Under the pieces are notes generated by a model that made no database searches, was not told where the DNA came from, and saw only the letters and a program-made list of their open reading frames with translations. Of a stretch of DNA of 45,657 nucleotides, positions 37,882 through 45,657 are shown piece by piece. The stretch's first letter is position 1; each line of letters begins with the position of its first letter. The position numbers were made by a program, and so were the translations under genes. Where the stretch lies: assembly GCF_006345805.1 (NCBI RefSeq), contig NW_021834153.1, positions 1 through 45,657 of the forward strand, read 5' to 3'. This stretch comes from Octopus sinensis. Its lineage: Eukaryota.

Positions 37882-37951
37882 CTGGGAATCGAAACCGCGA
37901 TCCTATGACCGCGAGTCTGCTGCCCTAACCACTGGTCCATTGCACCTCCAC
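37882..37951 (-). mobile_element. Isolated tRNA-like head of SINE family C
   Basis: Matches the head at 14910-14978. Confidence 0.8.
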
Positions 37952-38244
37952 GCCAATAAAAAAAAGTAATTAGGGGGTAAACCGGAATTCTGCTTTATCG
38001 GAAACGTCTCAAACTCGATGCAGGCGAAGTCATGAAATTTCGCTGTTGTTTCAGCGATGTTCCAAAATAATATTTGAAAGGAATAATTTGAATTAATATT
38101 TCTTAAAAACAAGGCATGTCTACTTGGATGTTCATATGTGTACATATGCACACCTGTATATCTGTTATACATGAATATATATCATCCTGTATACACGCAC
38201 ACACAAACACGTACATACACACACGCCCGCTCGCACACACAAAT

Positions 38245-38317
<73 letters not shown>

Positions 38318-38385
38318 ACCTCGTGAGTACCACTGCCGATATTTTTTCCTCTGTCTTCCCTTCTCGGGATCTTTCCTTCTCCTAT

Positions 38386-38420
38386 GTTTCCGACGAAGAG
38401 CTCCGCTCGAAACGTTAAAC
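38386..38420 (+). ncRNA. Minimal hammerhead-like motif (CCGACGA core)
   Basis: GTTT-CCGACGA-A-GAGC tcc GCTC-GAAAC-GTT-AAAC. Helix I GTTT/AAAC; helix II GAGC/GCTC; loopless palindromic helix III (AACGTT). Confidence 0.6.
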
Positions 38421-38843
38421 CCTCCTTCTTCCCTTCTTTCCTGAGCGTCCAATAATACTTTATTTGTTCCACGTTCTCGCGTTGCTGTGTTTTTTTGTTT
38501 TTTGTGTTTTCCTGTTTGGATTAACTATATATATATATATATTTAAGGCGGTGCTCCAGCATGGCCACAGTCAAACGACTGAAACAAGTAACAGAATAAA
38601 AGTATAAAATAATGTGTGTGTGTTTGTGCGTGTTTTAGTGTATATGCGTATATGTATGCGTCTGCGCAGAGGCAGGCAAAATAAATAGCAACATACCCAC
38701 CCATTACTTTTAAAAACATGAATTAAAAGCCCAAGATTCCGAGTTCGATTCCAGGCAGTGACTTGAATGATGATAATAATGATGATAATAATCACATCGT
38801 AAAATATTTTAGGAATGAGAACCCAGTTTCGAAATTTCTCCAA

Positions 38844-38889
38844 GATACCTGATGAAGGCTGGAGGGTATATCAGCCGAAACGTTGTATT
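38844..38889 (+). ncRNA. Minimal type I hammerhead ribozyme-like motif, canonical core
   Basis: GATAC-CTGATGA-A-GGCTG gagggtatat CAGCC-GAAAC-GTT-GTATT. Helix I is 5 bp, helix II 5 bp, with a loopless palindromic helix III and a GUU triplet. Confidence 0.75.
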
Positions 38890-39389
38890 AACAACAATCA
38901 AGATGAGAACAAATATCCGTCAGATGTAAATAATGTAAATACTGTAAATAATGAATTAAAATATTACTTTAAAAGATTACCTTGGAACAGTGATTAAGCA
39001 GCAACGCAATTTCACGTCTTTCTATGAATTTTATAACGTATTTGTTTGTATGGAGACGATAAATGTAGTTAAAACAAGAGGTTTCCTTACGCTAGAAAGC
39101 ACAGGTAACGTCTCGGTACCTGTTGACGAAGATTTCACCTAGCAAGTTATTTTATTTGCTAAAAAAAGTCAGAAATCATGGTCCAGGAAATAGATGGTAA
39201 TTTTTTCAATTTTTCATTCACTTCGAGAATTTATCTCTAATTAGAGCTTTGGAGTCCTATGATGGATACCTCTTAATGCGTTTAAATGTACGCTGTATGT
39301 TATACGAATATTATTATATTGACTAAATTTTCTCTACGCTAGGCTACTGGTAGTAAAATTTTTTAAAATCTTTATTACCATGCTATTAT

Positions 39390-39861
39390 TAAATATATAT
39401 ATACATATATAATATATATATATTAATATATTATATATATATATATAATTTATATATATATATAATATATATTTATACAATTATTTGTTTGTATATTTTT
39501 ATATGTATGTATAAGCATATATATATGTCATAATGTACATGCAGCCAGCCGAAAAATACATTATATACAAACTTTACAAACTTTACATACATGAATATTC
39601 GTGTCTGCGTTTGCGTATACATGGATATTTGTAGCCGTGTGTGTGTGTATGTGTGTGTGTGCGCATGTGTGTGTGTGTGTGTGTGTGGATGTGAGGGAGA
39701 GAGTCTGATATATGCGTTTGCAGATATGTGTTTACGTATGTGTATATGAGTATATATATATATATTAGTATGTAAATATCTAAAGATATAGGTAAATAGA
39801 CAGATAACAGCATAGAGAAAGGCTGGCAGACGACGTGACGAAATTGGCGGGCTCTTCCACG

Positions 39862-39910
<49 letters not shown>

Positions 39911-40240
39911 TATATCAATATATATATATATATTGAATATATGTGTGTGTATAGATATATGTTATGTATATGGTATAACTATATATATATATATATATAT
40001 TATAATATATATATATATTATATATATATATATATATATCTATATATATATATATATATATATATCTATATATAATTTGACACACATGTATATACATATA
40101 TGCATACATATACATACATGTTTACATAAATACATATACATATGTTTACATGTACATGTATACATTTTTGTATATGCATATTTGTGTATATGCATATTTG
40201 TGTATACATGTACACACACACATACGTGTGTGAGTGTGTG

Positions 40241-40277
<37 letters not shown>

Positions 40278-40312
40278 GTGTGTGTGTATGTGTGTGTGTG
40301 TGTGTGTGTGTG
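39390..40312. repeat. Extended (TA/TG)n-rich block
   Basis: Direct reading. Confidence 0.85.
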
Positions 40313-40390
40313 TTCGTCTCTATGCGTCCAAGTATGTATTTATGTAAATGTACATAAATTGTATATCTCCATATGATGAAGGGAACTGAA

Positions 40391-40430
40391 GTGAAAGTAG
40401 AAAGTGAAAGTAGAAAGTGAAAGTAGAAAG
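40391..40430. repeat. 13-bp tandem repeat x3 (gtgaaagtagaaa)
   Basis: Direct reading. Confidence 0.9.
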
Positions 40431-41008
40431 ATAGCGCTCCAGATGGAACGTATTTACAGTTTCAGGTTCGCTGCTTTGCGCTAATGACCCGGTGTAGATT
40501 GACTCGCATACATTCCCCTGTCGTCTCTTTAAAACATTATCTACCCGGAAGGTTAAAAACACACAGCTAACCGACCGGCACATTCACCGTAGACATATAT
40601 AATTTGTTTTCGATGATATATAATAGCTTCTATCAAAAGCATCGTTTTAGAAACAAAAAAAAAAAAAAAAAAAAAGCAAAAAGAAACATGTCTGTAGAGC
40701 ATTTTTTCTTGGTGTGAAGATACGGAGCATAATGATGGAACTCGGATTATTTGTAACTTCGAAGTGGTTTGTTTCCAATAACCTTCCCCGACTCATTTTA
40801 TATTTTTTTGCTCTGGAGATGATTGCAAGGCTGCCTGATTGCCTGATTGCCTGAAAACCTGGTTGTCCGGCTGCTTGGCTCCCAGGCAGCCTGGTTGAAT
40901 GTGGGGAGAGCTGAATTGCTTGTGTACCGCTTTGGTTGTGGAATCAGCCAAAAGTCATACGTCATGAGATACTTTGACAAATCAAACACATAGATAAATA
41001 GACAGACT

Positions 41009-41046
<38 letters not shown>

Positions 41047-41069
41047 CAGATATATAAATAGATAGATAA

Positions 41070-41103
<34 letters not shown>

Positions 41104-41126
41104 GATGATAGATAGATAGATAGATA

Positions 41127-44052
41127 TGTTTCTTTATTAGCCACACAGGGCTGCACACAGATAGAACAAATTACACGGTAGAGCTTTTCCTTTTGAGGTT
41201 TAAAAAAAAAAAAAAAAAAAGGAAAGGGGGGAGTTTCGATCAAAAGGGATCGTAAAAGGAGGAAAGAGACAAAAAAGGGGGTTTCAAAAAGGGGGGAGAG
41301 GAAAAAAAATTGATCATAGGGATCGTTATCACAGATGTCATCAATATGAAGTGTAAAGGGGAGGACAGGTGAGTTTACCCTTGGAAAGAAAAGCCTACGG
41401 AAAAGACCCGGTAACCTCGGTCAATGAAGTCACATTTTTATATTTCTTTTTTTTTTTTTTTTTTGCAAATAAGCAAATCTCTGTTTTCAATTTCTGGGTT
41501 CATAGGATTATGCTCAAGGTGGCTTCGTCATTCATACGTGCCATCTTGCTACATTCACCCATCTTTTTTAAAAACATTCGCTAGACAAAACTTCCCTCTC
41601 CACTCTCACTTTCCTTTTCAAGTGGTACTTGAAGAAGTTTGATGAGAGATTGACCAGAGAGAAAAGTGTTTGTCTCCAATCCTTTCAGACGCGTCCCAAC
41701 AGATACATTCTTTCGCCATAGCCACAAGGATGATGAAAATAGCTCTTCCTTCCCGTTTGAAGGAAGGAGGCGTGACAATATTGACGATAGACTCAGCTGA
41801 TAAACCGACTCGTCCCACACGTGACACCAGTTGTTCGACTAAGCCCACAGTCGGAAATTTTTGGACACTGAACGAGTGCGTGCAGAACGGTTTTCGTCGC
41901 TCTGACCGCATCTCGGGCAGGTCGGCCCCGTGTTTCTCGAGCCGTGTCGTAGAGCTTATCCCAAAACTCCCGAACGGGTAGCGCTCTCGGTAGCACTGCC
42001 AGGCCAGGGATCTCTGGAAGTTGTCCATGGGCCCTGGCCCGAAAGTCTCGCTGAACAGGCGGGTCAGGTACTCCTCGTCGACGTCCAGGTTCGCCCCGAG
42101 CTCGTCGTCGTACCTCCCCTCCACTAAACCCCTATAGAATGCTTTGGTTGTGTTGAAGTCACTTAAGGTCGACCCAGGACGGCAGAGTTGCTTGAGAGAA
42201 CGCGACACTCGCGGTGCCATTCGCCCTTCCTCGGCCTCTTTTTGGTCCACGACTGCAGTTCGGTCATGAGACGAGCTGCGGGAAAGCGTGCCTCACAAAC
42301 GGCGGACCCCCTGTTCACCGTCGTCTACATAGAGCCAGAGATGTCGCAGTCTCAGCGCGTATCTGCGCATCATCAACCACGGGATGCCCAGCCCTCCTTT
42401 TTAACGGGTGTTGACAGCAAATGGATCGCCTGACCATCGGGACGCATCCTTTCATCACAGAATCGAAAGAGAATGCGTTGTAGTTTGGTGATGGTAGGGT
42501 CGGACAAGGTACGACGGTCAGGCGGTAGTATGATGACGGACGCAATGACGTGTTCGCACACTCCGCTCGACCTTTTAGGGACAGTTTTCCTCTCGGCCCC
42601 ATTGCCGGGCGTAGTGACCACCCTACTCGTTATCCTCGTTCCAGTTCTTCTCCACTTGGAGGTCCGGACCAAACCAGCCCCGAGCAACTCAACCGGGCCG
42701 TCGGTCCAGCGTCCCACGACGGAGGCGCTGGTGGACGGCATGGGCTTGCTTCTCCAGGTGCCTAGTCGCAAGCCCACTGACTTTTCCCGGTTGATTTTCG
42801 CTCCTGTCACCGCTTCGTAGTTTCAGTGTCTCGCGCCGACCAGCTTGATGTGCTCGTGGCTAGACACTATGACGGTGACGTCGTCCGCGTATGCAGACAC
42901 GCTCGTCCGCATCCCAATTCTCGCGGGATGCCCCTTAGAGTCGCCAGCTTCCGCAGTAGTGGCTCAAGAGTCAATACGTATAGAAGCGCCGAGAGGGGGC
43001 ATCCCTGACGGACCGAACGTGCAATGTCGAAAGGTCCTCGAAGATGTCCATTTACGTCGGGAATTACCGAACGGATGCCTCTGTACAAGGCAGCTATCCA
43101 GCCGCGGAAGACTGGACCGAAACCAGCCGCTCTCAGGACCGCCTCCAAGTATCGATGGTCTACCCTATCAAAGGCTTTCGATTGATCCAAGTTGATCAGG
43201 GCCCCACCCATGCCAGGTTCGTTAACTACCCTGTCTATGATGTAGCGCATCAGATGGAGGTTGTCATGGATGGTCCGGCTGGCACGGCGCACGTTTGCCG
43301 CCTTGTCGACCAGTTTCTCGATGACAAGCGCCAACCTCTTGGCTAGCACCTTGGCCAAATTTTCAAGTCTGCATTAAGCAGAGTGATGGGCCTAAAGTTT
43401 CTATTACATTTCCCTTTTTAGATCTTTCTTCAGCATGTTACGGCTCCTCGGCTCACAAAACCAGGAATGCTCCCGTTTTGCTGCCAGTTGCAGTACACCG
43501 CCGCCAAGAGATCTCCAAACAAGTCTGGCATACATTGTAAAGCTCGTAGGGTAGACCATCCAAACCCGGTGATTTGTCCCTCGAGCATTCTGCCATCGCT
43601 TCTGCACTTCCGCCGCCGTGATGGCACCTTCGCAGCACCCTGCCTTTCTTGTCGAGAGTCGTGGTAGGCTATTAGGTAGGCACTGAAGTCCACCCTACGT
43701 TCTTGCCCTCCACTCGTTCCGAACAGTCGGGCAAAATGCTGCTGAAAGGCCTCACACATTTTACTTGGCTCGAGCAATTCGCGCCCCTGTTCATCTACCA
43801 TGGACCGATGGTGGCTTTGTTGCCCTGTTGCGCCTCTGCCACCCGGGCCTCTCTCGCGGCTCCAACACCTTCGTTCCTTAGAGCACGCATCCTAGCTCTG
43901 ACAGCACATCCTTCGTGTTTGGTGTTGAAGTGTTGGTCGAGGGCCAACCTCGCCGCCATAACGTCGGATGCGATGCCGCTTCTAATTGCCTCTTCTAGCT
44001 TCTTAACTAGCTCACCCTCTACTCTATTTCTATCTATGGCTAGTGCTTTGCT

Positions 44053-44053
<1 letters not shown>
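41127..44053 (-). mobile_element. 5'-truncated, frameshifted Tx1/L1-clade LINE inside a (GATA)n array
   Basis: RT motifs LINLDQSKAFDRVDH and RQGCPLS (ORF 42867-43358); VSAYADDVTV (YADD at 42880-42891); GAKINREKS; C-terminal LHALVQCP; 3' UTR shared with 8683-9200; GATA arrays at ~41005-41126 and 44054-44085. Confidence 0.93.
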
Positions 44054-44086
<33 letters not shown>

Positions 44087-44496
44087 GTTTTCGTAATTAA
44101 CAACAACTGACCTATATATATATATATATATATATACAACTTATAAGTATGGGCTAAAGAAGATTATTTCAATGCCAATATGCTGATAACAGACTATTAA
44201 ATCGTTAATTTCCTCATATTATTTACTCGCTACAGAAAAAAACACGAAGAACTGAAATCGGGCAAGCCGGCCGATAGAATTTTTTTTAAAGTTCGTTATT
44301 TCTATATTGAATCAATTTCAGAATTAATTTCATAAAGATTTTTTTCCTCTTCAGTAGAACATACGAAAGGATATAAATAAGATACTTACATGCGCCCATG
44401 GAAAAAGCGGAAGCAAAAATCATGAGTACATATAAGTACCCCAGATATATCTATATATATAATATATATATATATGTTCCAACATTTAAAACCAAG

Positions 44497-44700
44497 ACAG
44501 AATCGTTAGCACGCCGGGGCGAGACTGTTAGGGGCATTTTGGCGGTCTTCACTTTCTGAGTTCAAGTTTCGTTGATGTGAACTTCGTCTATCATCCTTTC
44601 GGGGTCGATAAAATAAATACCAGTCATGCACTGAGTTCGATGCAATTGACCTCCTAACTCCACCGAAATTGCTGGCCTTGTGTCGATATTTTGAATCAAT
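44497..44700 (+). mobile_element. Diverged SINE family B copy
   Basis: agaatcgttagcacgccgggg...catcctttcggggtcgataaaataaataccag. Confidence 0.7.
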
Positions 44701-44899
44701 ATTTCTTTTTATATTTGTAGAAAGATACAAAATGAATTGAAAGCAAAACAATTTCGCGCCTTCATAATGCTTATCAAAATGGCGAATATTATGCAAACGT
44801 GTCAGTTTTGTAACTTCCGGCCGATTATAAAAGTTTGAAGAAGTTCACAAGTGTTAAGTTCTATTTCCTCTCTTTGCTCTAACAACGCAACATATACTT

Positions 44900-45442
44900 A
44901 CATATTATGTGTATATGTGTGTGTGTGCTTGTCTCTGTTTGTGTGGACGTGTAATTTCTGAGCATATATACATGTATGGGGTTATGCATATGAGTATATA
45001 TTATATTGTGGTGTGTGTGTGTGTGCTTGTGTCTGTGTCTGTGTGTGTGCCTGTGTCAATGTCTGTGTCTGTGTCTGTATATAATATATTATATATATAG
45101 ATATATATATATATATATATATAGTATTATATATAGATATATAATATATATATATATATGTATATTATATATATATGTATGTATATATATATACACAGAT
45201 TTATTTCCAGTGCGCTCAAGGTGTGTCTGTGTGTACGTGTATGTCAGTGTGTCTGTGTATACGTGTATGTCAGTGTGTGTGTGTGTGTGTGTGTGTGCGT
45301 GCGCGCGTGGAAGAACGTTCTACCTACCATTCCCAGAACCAATTACTGATGTTGCAAAGAAGATTAATGGTAGATATAATTACATTACATACTCAACGGG
45401 CTATGCATCTATATATACATACACACGCACACACATACACAC

Positions 45443-45496
<54 letters not shown>

Positions 45497-45605
45497 GTAT
45501 ATATATCTTTACATTTCTATACGTATAATGTATGTATATACATATATATGTATGTATGTACGCATGTATGTATGTATGTATTATGTATGTATGCATGCAT
45601 GTGTG
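44900..45605. repeat. Compound (TG/TA/CA/TATG)n blocks
   Basis: Direct reading. Confidence 0.9.
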
Positions 45606-45657
45606 TTAATTGACCAGCGGTGTATTTAGAAATTTTCGAATAATCTCACAAAATCAC

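Larger units (their letters stand above)
36397..37885 (+). repeat. 443-bp direct duplication (36397-36839 / 37443-37885)
   Basis: The two copies are identical except for two transitions (gagcgacaga/gagcaacaga; gagctatc/gagttatc). Confidence 0.95.

Overview
Animal, very repeat-rich, apparently intronic or intergenic DNA. The tRNA-derived SINE families and heavy (TA)n/(TG)n/(AAT)n/(GATA)n load resemble octopod cephalopod (Octopus) DNA; this is inferred from recalled repeat families, not from a search. No host protein-coding gene can be supported, and most ORF-track entries are microsatellite read-throughs. Identifiable content: about 20 SINE copies or fragments in four families; a ~2.9 kb 5'-truncated, frameshifted Tx1/L1-clade LINE plus a ~0.5 kb 3' fragment of the same family, both inside (GATA)n arrays; RLE-type (R4/Dong-like) and RTE LINE fragments; and four Tc1/mariner derivatives. 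Main findings: (1) many hammerhead-ribozyme-like motifs of the minimal, palindromic-helix-III type known from Penelope-like elements, clustered at 1.3-3.3 kb and 38.3-38.9 kb, several with a recurrent CCGANGA core in place of CUGANGA; (2) apparent (GATA)n targeting by the Tx1 family; (3) a fold-back plus 443-bp duplication junction at 36.4-37.9 kb; (4) several long inverted repeats and a degenerate ~49-bp tandem array.
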